Source: an uncultured delta proteobacterium (GTDB lineage: Bacteria; Myxococcota_A; Polyangia; Polyangiales; JAFGIB01). From it: DNA of 64,000 nucleotides. Positions 1-8,528 of the stretch are shown here, in pieces. A program made the translations under genes and the position numbers. Under the pieces are notes generated by a model that was given only the letters and a program-made list of their open reading frames with translations, ran no database searches and was not told the origin of the DNA. Position 1 is the stretch's first letter. Each line of letters starts with the position of its first letter. The DNA lies in NCBI GenBank assembly GCA_963778655.1, contig CAVZVA010000005.1, positions 128,001 to 192,000 on the forward strand, in the 5' to 3' direction.

Positions 1-627
1 TGGATCGCCGGTCACGCACACCGCCACCGCGGTTGCGCGTGCGAGCAGGCTGCCCGCCGTTTGCTGTTGGTTGAGCACACAGTAGCCCGGCTTGTCCGAA
101 GTGCCGCAGTGCGAGAGCCGCGTGATCAGGTCCGCGCACGCACCCTTCGGGAGGTGGGTGTTTGCCTCTTCGAGACAAGTTTGCCGACCGACGCCCTCGC
201 CGCAGTAGCAGTCGCTGCCGGCGCACTGAAACGCCCAACCACACTCCACGATCGCGCGACATGCCGAGTCCCGGTCGACATCGCCGTCAGGTTCGGTGGA
301 TGCGCTGTCGAAGCATGCCGCCACCTGGGCTGCGCAGTGGGCGCACGCGCAGGTCGCGATCGGCGTGGGGTCCACCTGCAACAGGACATCGGTGGCCTTG
401 CACTTTTCGCAGGCCGATCGGTCATCGCCGAACATCGCGCCGTTGCAGATCCGCGTGCCCGCGTCGTCCGCGGTGCAGCCTTCGGGAAGCTGCTGCGAGG
501 CCTGGTTGCAGGAAACCGGCTTGGGGCAGCCGGCCTCGGGACAGTTGCTTCCGACCTGCGTCTTCTGCTCGCAGGCCACGAGCCCGAAAACCAGCAACGG
601 AAGGCTCGCAGCCAGAGCGCCGCGCAC
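1..627 (-). CDS. Cys-rich putative lipoprotein (3' end runs off the window)
   Basis: Own translation from GTG at 627: MRGALAASLPLLVFGLVA|CEQKTQVGSNCPEAGC... It has a lipobox-like LVAC and many Cys, and stays open to position 1. It starts just after the stop of the upstream gene. Confidence 0.7.
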   Translation of the reverse strand, partial: MRGALAASLPLLVFGLVACEQKTQVGSNCPEAGCPKPVSCNQASQQLPEGCTADDAGTRICNGAMFGDDRSACEKCKATDVLLQVDPTPIATCACAHCAAQVAACFDSASTEPDGDVDRDSACRAIVECGWAFQCAGSDCYCGEGVGRQTCLEEANTHLPKGACADLITRLSHCGTSDKPGYCVLNQQQTAGSLLARATAVAVCVTGDP

Positions 628-631
628 CTGG

Positions 632-1606
632 CTACCTATCCTCGCCGGACGAGTCGTCGGTCGTCGGCCCCAGCGCCGCGTCGATCAGCGCGTGCACACG
701 GACCGCGTAGGCCGAGTCGGGGTAGGCCGCGAGAAAGCGACGTGCGCGCGCATAGGCCGCCAGGCGCGCGTCGTGCCGGTGTTCCTTGAGCAGCGCCTTG
801 ATCGCCAGGATCTCGCGCTCCTGGGCAAACAAGCCGTGCGGATAATCGCGCGCGTGTTGCTCCGCGAGCTCGAGCGCGCGCACGGGATCTCGTCGCAGCT
901 GCGCCTGCGAGCGCTGCAGCAGAACCAGCTCGGCCTCGGGTCGCACCCGCTGCGCCGCAGGCCCAAGCGTCGGGGCGCGCCGCGGTGCGCGCCGCGGCCT
1001 GGGCGGCCGGGCCGGCTGCAGCGAGGGGTGCGCGCTGGGCGTCGGGGGCAGACTCTTCGGGGCCGGCGGCTCGGGAGGCGGTGGCAGCGGCAGCGCGTGC
1101 GGCGCAGCTGCCGGCAGCGGCAGCGCCGGCCCGGGATGAAATGCGAACGAAGCGACCAATGCGCCGAGCACGGCCGTGGCCGTGAGCCAGCCCGTGCTGC
1201 CGCCGGGATGCGCGTTGGCGGGCGGATTGGCGGCGCCCCGCTGCAGCTGGCCGGCGACGCGCTGCTCGATCAGCCGAGCCTGCTCGACGCTGCCGTGCTG
1301 CTCGCGCAATCCGCGGATCGCCGCCGCGAGCTCGGGTAGGGCGGGCGACCTGCCGTCGGTCAGGCGGCCGCGCTCGGGCAGGAGGGCCGGCGCCGGGCCC
1401 TGTTGCCACGACGATAGGCTCACCACCCGTCGCACGGCCGCGCGGTGCCGCCGGTACGCCACCGCGGGTGGACAGCCGACGATCGCGGCCACGTCGTCCA
1501 TGTCGAGCTCTTCGACCTCGTACAGCACGAAGACCTCGCGCTGCGCCCATGGCAGCGCCGAGAGCGCGCGCTGCAGCTGGGCCTCGCCGTTGGCTGGGAG
1601 GCTCAT
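632..1606 (-). CDS. Anti-sigma-like membrane protein with an N-terminal sigma-70 region-4-like domain
   Basis: ATG at 1606 overlaps the ECF stop (ATGA). N-terminal LQRALSALPWAQREVFVLYEVEELDMDDVAAIVGCP, then a TM segment, a Pro-rich linker and the helical ELVLLQRSQAQL...YPHGLFAQERE motif. Confidence 0.7.
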   Translation of the reverse strand: MSLPANGEAQLQRALSALPWAQREVFVLYEVEELDMDDVAAIVGCPPAVAYRRHRAAVRRVVSLSSWQQGPAPALLPERGRLTDGRSPALPELAAAIRGLREQHGSVEQARLIEQRVAGQLQRGAANPPANAHPGGSTGWLTATAVLGALVASFAFHPGPALPLPAAAPHALPLPPPPEPPAPKSLPPTPSAHPSLQPARPPRPRRAPRRAPTLGPAAQRVRPEAELVLLQRSQAQLRRDPVRALELAEQHARDYPHGLFAQEREILAIKALLKEHRHDARLAAYARARRFLAAYPDSAYAVRVHALIDAALGPTTDDSSGEDR

Positions 1607-2205
1607 CGCTGGCCTCCCAGCCGGCGGGCCGATGCCTTCAGGCGCTGCAGGCCGGTGCGCAGGCGCGAATAGGCCGTGTCGAGCGGGCACGCCAATAGCT
1701 CGGCGACTTCTTTCATCGGCATGTCCTTCACGAAGTGCAGCACCAGAACCTCGTGCTGCTTGGGTGGCAACTTGCAGAGCGCGCGCTCGAGCGAAGCCCA
1801 GCTCTCCCTGGAGAGCAGCTCGTCCTGGGGTCCCAGCGCGAGCTCCGTCTCTCGCGGGCTTACCCGCAGCGACTCGAGCAGCCTGCCCACGCGCGAGCGC
1901 TGGCGGTGGTAGTCCTTGACCTTGTTGCGGCAGATGCCGCAGATCCACGCCTTCAAGGGTGCGTGTCCTTCGTAGCTCGGGAGCTGCGAGTGAATGGCCA
2001 TGCACACGCGTTGTGCGACGTCCTCGGCGTCCGCTTCGGCCACGCCCAGCCGCCTCACCAGGCCCAGCACGTATCGCCGATAGTCGCGAACCACCTGTCC
2101 GCAGCAGACCGGCGTCGCGGGCGCCGCGGCGGGTGGGCCGGCCGGTGCGTCGAGACCGCGCGCCGGGTCAGCCGGGGGAAGGGCTGGCGGCTCGAGTGGG
2201 CGCAT
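1603..2205 (-). CDS. ECF RNA polymerase sigma factor
   Basis: Region 2 (DAEDVAQRV, LKAWICGICRN) and region 4 (KLPPKQHEVLVLHFVKDMPMKEVAELLACPLDTAYSRL). Start codon uncertain. Confidence 0.88.
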   Translation of the reverse strand: MRPLEPPALPPADPARGLDAPAGPPAAAPATPVCCGQVVRDYRRYVLGLVRRLGVAEADAEDVAQRVCMAIHSQLPSYEGHAPLKAWICGICRNKVKDYHRQRSRVGRLLESLRVSPRETELALGPQDELLSRESWASLERALCKLPPKQHEVLVLHFVKDMPMKEVAELLACPLDTAYSRLRTGLQRLKASARRLGGQR

Positions 2206-2347
2206 GTGTCCCGGGCGGGACGCCCTACGGGCCCGGAGCTCCGGCGGCGCTACGGTCTGAGAGTCGCTGTCGTCCACGAGGCTCGAGTCTCCACTGCGAT
2301 CAAGTTGCCGGCTGTGCGCGTGTCTGTCGAAGATTCGATCCCAGATC

Positions 2348-3556
2348 CTAAAAGCGGGCTCCCAGCCCAAGCTCGGCGCGGGCTTGCACCGGCCCCGACC
2401 GATACCAGCGCGTGGAGCCCGTGCTGGTCTCCACCAGGAAGTCGTTGCGAATCAAGGGCACATCGAACAGCAGCGCGCCACGCAGGTAGGCTGGGCCGGC
2501 CAGGCCGATTCGCAGCACGCTGGCGACGAACGCATCGAGCGCGCGTTGACTCGAGGCCGCGCCATCGTGAACGAAGCCGCTGGGCGCGACGCCCAGCCGG
2601 CCGTACTCACCTCCCGCGCATGCGGCGAGGCTGGACCACAGCGTTTGCAGGCACGCGGCGAGCGAGCCTTTCTCGAGATCGAAGACGACCCGACCCCGTT
2701 GCAGGCTCGCCGTCTTGACCGCACGGGGCTGCGCGCTGAAGCCGAGCTCGACCGACCACCCGCTGCGGGTCGCCAGCGCCGCGTGTACGGCCACACCCAG
2801 CCCCGCGCCCGGAAGCTCGCCCACACCCGCGGTCCCGGAGGCGTCGAGAAAGAGGGCTGCGAAGGGTGAGGAGAACGGCTGGGCGGGGCGATCGGTCGGG
2901 ACGGGGGCCGGGTCGGACCGAGTCAGCTTGGGCTTCCGCAACGGAGGGGGCGCCCAGCGCAGCGCAGGCGGGTCTTTCAGGGCCGGCGCTGCGGCTGGTG
3001 ACGGCGCCGGCGGCGGCGGATCCGGATCGTCGGTGAACAAGCTGGAGAGCAGGGCGCGAGCCTCGGGCGACAGCGGCGTGCCGTTGCCGAAGGTGCCGTC
3101 CGGATCCAAAGCCAGATCGATCGCCAGATCCAACGCGGGCTCGATCACGCTGCAATCGTCGCCGTCGAGCGGCCCGATCTGCCGCCGGCCCACCACCTGG
3201 CCGTCGGGCAGGCTCAGCTCGAGCGTCACCAGCCAGCCCGCTGGATGCGTGATCCGGCGCACATAACCGTCGAGCGACAGCGGTGCGTCACGCGCGCGCT
3301 CGAACAGGATGCGGTGCGCGCGCGTCTCGATGCGGGCCATCAGTTGCGCCGCCGACAGGCAGGCTTCCGCGCCTTCCCCGCGGGTCCAGTTGAGCCCGAG
3401 CCCGTGCGCTTGCGCGGCCGCCGGCGCAGCCGCAATGGCCAGCGCCAGGCTCAACCCCCAGCCCAGCGCCTCGCTCAGCGCGCGAGCCGAGCTGAGCGCA
3501 AGCAACCTTGGGCATGAGCCGAGCTGCCTCGGCTGGCTCGTCGGCGTAACGGACAT
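2348..3556 (-). CDS. Secreted or outer-membrane protein associated with the ECF locus (C-terminal beta-barrel-like region)
   Basis: Signal peptide ending AAAQA, Cys-pair N-domain, Pro linker, amphipathic beta strands ending LGLGARF with terminal Phe. Directly upstream of the ECF gene. Confidence 0.65.
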   Translation of the reverse strand: MSVTPTSQPRQLGSCPRLLALSSARALSEALGWGLSLALAIAAAPAAAQAHGLGLNWTRGEGAEACLSAAQLMARIETRAHRILFERARDAPLSLDGYVRRITHPAGWLVTLELSLPDGQVVGRRQIGPLDGDDCSVIEPALDLAIDLALDPDGTFGNGTPLSPEARALLSSLFTDDPDPPPPAPSPAAAPALKDPPALRWAPPPLRKPKLTRSDPAPVPTDRPAQPFSSPFAALFLDASGTAGVGELPGAGLGVAVHAALATRSGWSVELGFSAQPRAVKTASLQRGRVVFDLEKGSLAACLQTLWSSLAACAGGEYGRLGVAPSGFVHDGAASSQRALDAFVASVLRIGLAGPAYLRGALLFDVPLIRNDFLVETSTGSTRWYRSGPVQARAELGLGARF

Positions 3557-3831
3557 CCATCCATCTGCCAACCCGACACCCCACGGCAGGCCTGCAGCCC
3601 CACTGTCCTGAATATCGCTCAAAGCAGCAACTCTTGTTGCGGAAAAGATCGGGCCGCGAGCGAACGCGCGCGCGGAGCGATTGGCTGCTTCGGCTAGGCG
3701 TGCATGCGAGGCCTGGGTGCGTGTTCGCCTTGCGACTTTTTCCGACGGCGCGGCGGTCCCACCGGCGACGTGAGCAGCGTGGGAGGTCGGCCCGAACCTG
3801 CGCCGCTGCTCCCGCTGGAAAGGACTGCTCG

Positions 3832-4809
3832 ATGACCGCGTCCAACCGCTTCGCGTTCGCCGTCCACACCCGTCTCTATCGTTGCGCGCTGGCGTGCGCG
3901 TGGTCGCTGCCCTTCGCGGGCTGCGCGAGCAGCGCAAACACGCCGGCGCCCCCGCAGCAGCAAGCCGCCGCCGGCAGCGCCGCGCCCAAGCCGAGCGCGG
4001 CTGCCGGCGCGCAGCCGGATGCGGCGCTGGCGGCCGCCGCCGCGGACGCAAGTACCGACGCGGGCGCGGATTGCGGCACGCCGATCCCGGACGGTGAGCT
4101 GCAGAACAAGGCCAGCGGCCCCAGTGTCTTCGGCCGCGTGGTTGGCGGTGACCTCGGCCTGTTCGACCCGCTCGGAGGCACGGCCTGCGGCGTTGCGGGC
4201 ACCCGCGTGTGCGTGCTGGGAACGAGCAGCTGCACCGATTCCGATCAAGCCGGACAGTACGTGCTCGGAGATCTGACGGTCGGAAGCGACGCGGAGATCA
4301 GCTTCGAGAAGGCGGGCTTCGACTCCGGGATGCGGTTGGTGCAAGTCGACTCCAATCCGATCGACTTGCACGAAACCCGCCTGGTGACCAGCGCCTCGGC
4401 TGCGCAACAGGCCGAGCAAGCCGGGGGGCCCAGGCCGGCGGGGATGGGCTCACTCGTCGTGGCTCCCCTGGCCGCCGGTGAAGCGATCGGCAGCCTCGTG
4501 CTGCCGGGCGGCGTCTCCATCCTGCTGATGCCCGGCGATCGCACGCCGCTCTACTCGCGCGGTGAGATCGAGCCCGGCGGTCTGTCCTCCGATGACCTCG
4601 ACCCGAGCCTTTCGGCCACCCAACCAGGCGGCTGGGGCATCTTCATCGATGTCGAGCCCGGCGACTACGCGCTGCAGATCGAGCGCAACGGCATGCCGTG
4701 CGATCAGTCCCTCCCGGGCTTCGGCTGGGGCTTCGATGACATGGGCAACGTCAAGGTCAAGGTCGTCGCTGGATTCACCACCACGGGCATCACCGCGCTG
4801 TGTCCGTGA
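3832..4809 (+). CDS. Putative lipoprotein with carboxypeptidase-regulatory-like beta-sandwich domains
   Basis: Lipobox FAGC, Ala/Pro linker, SDQAGQYVL..ISFEKAGF and DVEPGDY motifs. AAGGA upstream of the ATG. Confidence 0.65.
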   Translation: MTASNRFAFAVHTRLYRCALACAWSLPFAGCASSANTPAPPQQQAAAGSAAPKPSAAAGAQPDAALAAAAADASTDAGADCGTPIPDGELQNKASGPSVFGRVVGGDLGLFDPLGGTACGVAGTRVCVLGTSSCTDSDQAGQYVLGDLTVGSDAEISFEKAGFDSGMRLVQVDSNPIDLHETRLVTSASAAQQAEQAGGPRPAGMGSLVVAPLAAGEAIGSLVLPGGVSILLMPGDRTPLYSRGEIEPGGLSSDDLDPSLSATQPGGWGIFIDVEPGDYALQIERNGMPCDQSLPGFGWGFDDMGNVKVKVVAGFTTTGITALCP

Positions 4810-4826
4810 AGTGCGGAGGACAGACG

Positions 4827-5813
4827 ATGACGAGCCGGGTCGAAACCGTAGGGGCTCTGGCCGTGCTGCTGATCTCCGGTTGTGCCGCTGGCGATGCACC
4901 GCCTGCCGCGCCCGAAGCGGGGGGGGCCGATTCGTCGAACGACTTGACGCTGGCAGCACCCAAGGACGGCGTGCAGGTGCAAACCGTGGGACACGACATT
5001 CCCGCCGGCGGCGATCAGGAGTGGTGTGAGGTCGTCGAGCTGCCGGACACGCCCGGCCCGACGTTCTTCGTGGGTCGCACGGAGCTGGCGATGACGCCGT
5101 TCAGCCACCACCTGGTCGTCAGTATTGCGCCCGACCAGTCCAAGTCGTTGGAAGACGCCCCCCTGGCTGAGCCCGCTCCGTGCGAAGGGGCGCACAGCTA
5201 CGGCAGCGATCTGGTCACGCTCGCCGCGTCTGCGCAGCCCTACGTGGAGCAGCGGCTGCCCCCGGGCATCGGCTACGAGCTGCGGGCCGGCCAGCGCCTG
5301 CTGTTCGACTACCACACGCTCAACACCAGCTCCCAGTCGATCCACGCCCGGCACCGGCTCAACCTGCACTTCGTCGACCACGTTGACAAGCGCGCGCGGG
5401 TGTTCGGCTTCTACAACCAGTACATCGACATCCCCGCGCACACTGCGCGCAGCTTCAGCGATAGCTGCGCCTTCAAGGACGACCTCCTGATCTGGGCGCT
5501 CACGCGCCACACCCACAGCCACGGTACCGACTTCCGCGTCTTCTGGGCCGGCGGCGAGCACGACGGCGAGCTGATCTGGACCAGCACCGACTGGGAGCAG
5601 GACATCGTGTTCGACTTCCCACAGCCGGTGGTCGTGCCGGCCGGCGTCGGCTTTCGTTGGGAGTGCGCGTTCGATAACACCACCGACGCGCCGTTGCAGT
5701 CCGGCCTGCAGGCCACCGACGAGATGTGCATCCTGTTCGGCGCCTTCGCCGCGGTCGGCGACGACGCCGGCGTCGGCCCTCAGAGCTGCTACCGCGTCAC
5801 GCCCCCGCCCTGA
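4827..5813 (+). CDS. Copper type II ascorbate-dependent monooxygenase-like (PHM/DBM fold) lipoprotein
   Basis: Lipobox ISGC; motifs SHHL, DYH, RHTHSHG and DEMC match the CuH (H,H,H) and CuM (H,H,M) ligand pattern. GGAGG RBS. Confidence 0.75.
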   Translation: MTSRVETVGALAVLLISGCAAGDAPPAAPEAGGADSSNDLTLAAPKDGVQVQTVGHDIPAGGDQEWCEVVELPDTPGPTFFVGRTELAMTPFSHHLVVSIAPDQSKSLEDAPLAEPAPCEGAHSYGSDLVTLAASAQPYVEQRLPPGIGYELRAGQRLLFDYHTLNTSSQSIHARHRLNLHFVDHVDKRARVFGFYNQYIDIPAHTARSFSDSCAFKDDLLIWALTRHTHSHGTDFRVFWAGGEHDGELIWTSTDWEQDIVFDFPQPVVVPAGVGFRWECAFDNTTDAPLQSGLQATDEMCILFGAFAAVGDDAGVGPQSCYRVTPPP

Positions 5814-5826
5814 GCGGGTCCGCCCG

Positions 5827-6630
5827 CTACTGGCAGCTGCGAGGTTGGCAGGCGCCGTCCGCGCAATGCAGCGCGACCGGGCCCGCGCAGAACCCGGTCG
5901 CCTGCCAGCTCGGGCAGTCGGCGTCGACTCTGCACGCGGCCGTGCAGATCATCGGCTGCGGAGCCGGCGGCCCGAATGACGGCGGCGCTTGCACGGCCAT
6001 GCAAGCCATCGGCGCCTGGCACGCGCTCTGGTCCTGCATGCAGTCCTGGCCGAAGGTCGCCGGCTGGTTGGGATCGACGGCGTCGCACGAGCAGCCGCCC
6101 TGCGCCACCTCGGCGACCTGCCACTCGCCGTCGCGCTGCGTGAAGCTGCCCTCGCACGCGTATTGGCTGACGTCCTGGCAGGAAGAAGGGCCACGCGGCG
6201 CGGTCGGGTCGCAGCTGCAGCCGCTGCGTTGCTTGTAGTCGTCGCAGAAGATCTGACTCGAGACCGGGCACGGGTCGCTCAGCAGGGCCTGGCCGTCGGC
6301 TTGACGCGGCACGTGGTCGGGCAGCGGCGGGCTTCCGGGCGGCGGCACCAGGTAGAGGTGATCGCCCAGGATCACGCAGCTGGCGCGCTTGCAGTCGAGG
6401 CCGTCCTCGAAGCTGACGTCCACGCGATCGGGCAGCGGCGCGGCGCGATCCAGAATCCCGACGCTGGTGAGGGCCCGGCCCTGAGCCGTGACCGAGGCTT
6501 CGGCCGGACGGACCACGGACACTGTCTGCGGCGCGGCGCCGAGCGTCCACGCCTGGAGCTCGTAGCCGCCGTCGTCGAGGAAGTACCCGCCGCTCAGCAC
6601 CCCGACGCTGGTCAGGAGTCTTGCCACCAC
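5827..6630 (-). CDS. Cys-rich hypothetical protein
   Basis: ORF with GGAGGAGG RBS before the GTG and a dense Cys C-terminal half (CTAACRVDADCP). No clear signal peptide. Confidence 0.6.
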   Translation of the reverse strand: MVARLLTSVGVLSGGYFLDDGGYELQAWTLGAAPQTVSVVRPAEASVTAQGRALTSVGILDRAAPLPDRVDVSFEDGLDCKRASCVILGDHLYLVPPPGSPPLPDHVPRQADGQALLSDPCPVSSQIFCDDYKQRSGCSCDPTAPRGPSSCQDVSQYACEGSFTQRDGEWQVAEVAQGGCSCDAVDPNQPATFGQDCMQDQSACQAPMACMAVQAPPSFGPPAPQPMICTAACRVDADCPSWQATGFCAGPVALHCADGACQPRSCQ

Positions 6631-6835
6631 CAGCCTCCTCCCGAGCTTCGCTCCAATCTACCGCTCGCGCGGCACGTGGCAAGCGCTGGCCGCCCGAGCG
6701 CGCGAGCTGAGGAGCTTGGTCGCGCCAAGCGCGACAGCGCGCCGGGGCCTGCAATCCCGGTTTTCAGGCGCGCCTCCCCGTGCCAAGCTGTGCCACCGCG
6801 GGCCACGGCGGCCCGCCGCAGCGAGGCCGAGCACG

Positions 6836-7714
6836 ATGGGTACCTTCGCAGGCGCATGGACCGCCTTGGTCACTCCCTTTCGCGAGGACGCGCTCGACGA
6901 GCGCGCGCTGCGCGAGCTGGTCGAGGACCAGATCCAAAAGGGCATCGACGGCCTGGTGCCGTGCGGCACCACCGGCGAGAGCGTGAGCCTGAGTCACGCC
7001 GAGTACGCCCGCGCGATCGCCGTGACCGTGGAGCAAGCCAAGGGCCGCGTGTCGGTGGTGGCGGGCGCGGGCAGCGCCTCCACCCGCCACGCGATCGAGC
7101 TCGCCACCGCGGCCAAGGCCGCGGGCGCGGACGGCTTGCTGGTGGTCGCCCCGTACTACGTGCGCCCCTCGCAGGAAGGGCTGTACGCGCACTTCAAGGC
7201 GATCGCCGGCGCGGTCGATCTGCCGATCGTGCTCTACAACATCCCGGTCCGCTGCGGGGTCGATGTGTCGCTCGGGACGCTGGAGCGCCTGGCCGAGCTG
7301 CCCTCGATCGTCGCCATCAAGGAGGCCAGCGGCAACGTCATCCGCAGCGCGGACATCGCGGCGCGGCTGGGCGACCGCTACACCATCCTCTCCGGCGACG
7401 ACGGGCTGACGCTCCCGATTATGGCCGTCGGCGGCCAGGGTGTGATCAGCGTGGCCTCGAACCTGCTGCCCGGCGAGGTGGCCCGCGTGGTGCACCTGTT
7501 CCGTGACGGCGACCTGGCCGGCGCGCGCGCCCTGTCGCAGCGGCTGCGGCCGCTGTACGAGGTGCTGTTCGTCGAGCCCAGCCCGGGCCCGATCAAGGCG
7601 GCGCTCGCGCTGTGCGGGCGCATCGCGCCGGAGATCAGGCTGCCGCTGGTGATGCCGAGCGCCGGCGCTCAGGCACAGCTGCGGGCAGTGCTGCAGACGC
7701 TGGGGTTGCCATGA
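6836..7714 (+). CDS. dapA: 4-hydroxy-tetrahydrodipicolinate synthase
   Basis: TALVTPF, GTTGE, PYY, LYNIP, AIKEASG and SGDD motifs. Confidence 0.96.
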   Translation: MGTFAGAWTALVTPFREDALDERALRELVEDQIQKGIDGLVPCGTTGESVSLSHAEYARAIAVTVEQAKGRVSVVAGAGSASTRHAIELATAAKAAGADGLLVVAPYYVRPSQEGLYAHFKAIAGAVDLPIVLYNIPVRCGVDVSLGTLERLAELPSIVAIKEASGNVIRSADIAARLGDRYTILSGDDGLTLPIMAVGGQGVISVASNLLPGEVARVVHLFRDGDLAGARALSQRLRPLYEVLFVEPSPGPIKAALALCGRIAPEIRLPLVMPSAGAQAQLRAVLQTLGLP

Positions 7715-8517
7715 CCGCAATCGCTGTCCACGGCGCCGCCGGGCGCATGGGTCGCACCGTGCTCGAGGTGCTGCTCGAGGATCCGCACGCGCGCCTGGTG
7801 GCGGCCGTGGATCGCCCCGGCCACGCTGCGCTCGGCCACGACGCGGCGCTGCTGATCGGCCGTGCCGAGCCGCTCAAGCTGCCCCTCAGCGAGGATCTGG
7901 ACGCGGCGCTGGCCGAGGCCCAGGTGGTGATCGACTTCAGCTCGTCCGACGCCTGCCGCACGCTGCTCGAGCGCTGCGCCAAGGCACGCGTGGCGGCGGT
8001 GGTGGGCACCACCGGCATGGACGCCGCGTGCCAGGACGCGCTGCATGCGCTGAGTCAGGTGGCGCCGGTGGTGTACGCGCCGAACTTCAGCGTCGGCGTC
8101 AACGTGCTGTGGGCGCTCGCTGACGAGGCCGTGCGCCTGCTCGGCCCCGAGTTCGACCCCGAGATCGTGGAGATGCACCACAAGCACAAGGTCGACGCGC
8201 CCAGCGGCACCGCCGTGCGGCTGATCGAGGTGGTGGCACGGGCTCGCGGACTGGACCCCGCGCGCGCCGGAGTGCCGGGCCGTAGCGGCCAGGTCGGCGC
8301 GCGGCGCAGCGACGAGATCGGCGTGCACGCGCTGCGCGGTGGCGATGTGGTGGGCGACCACACGCTGGTGCTGGCGGGCCCGGGCGAGCGGCTCGAGCTC
8401 ACGCACCGCGCGCACGGGCGTCAGATCTTCGCGCGGGGCGCCTTGCGCGCGGCCCACTGGGTGGTCAGCCAGCCCCCCGGCTCATATGACATGGCCGACG
8501 TGCTCGGCATTCGATAA
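7711..8517 (+). CDS. dapB: 4-hydroxy-tetrahydrodipicolinate reductase
   Basis: GAAGRMG, VIDFS, GTTG and EMHHKHKVDAPSGTA motifs. ATGA overlap with dapA. Confidence 0.96.
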   Translation: MTAIAVHGAAGRMGRTVLEVLLEDPHARLVAAVDRPGHAALGHDAALLIGRAEPLKLPLSEDLDAALAEAQVVIDFSSSDACRTLLERCAKARVAAVVGTTGMDAACQDALHALSQVAPVVYAPNFSVGVNVLWALADEAVRLLGPEFDPEIVEMHHKHKVDAPSGTAVRLIEVVARARGLDPARAGVPGRSGQVGARRSDEIGVHALRGGDVVGDHTLVLAGPGERLELTHRAHGRQIFARGALRAAHWVVSQPPGSYDMADVLGIR

Positions 8518-8528
8518 GCTCTGCCGCG

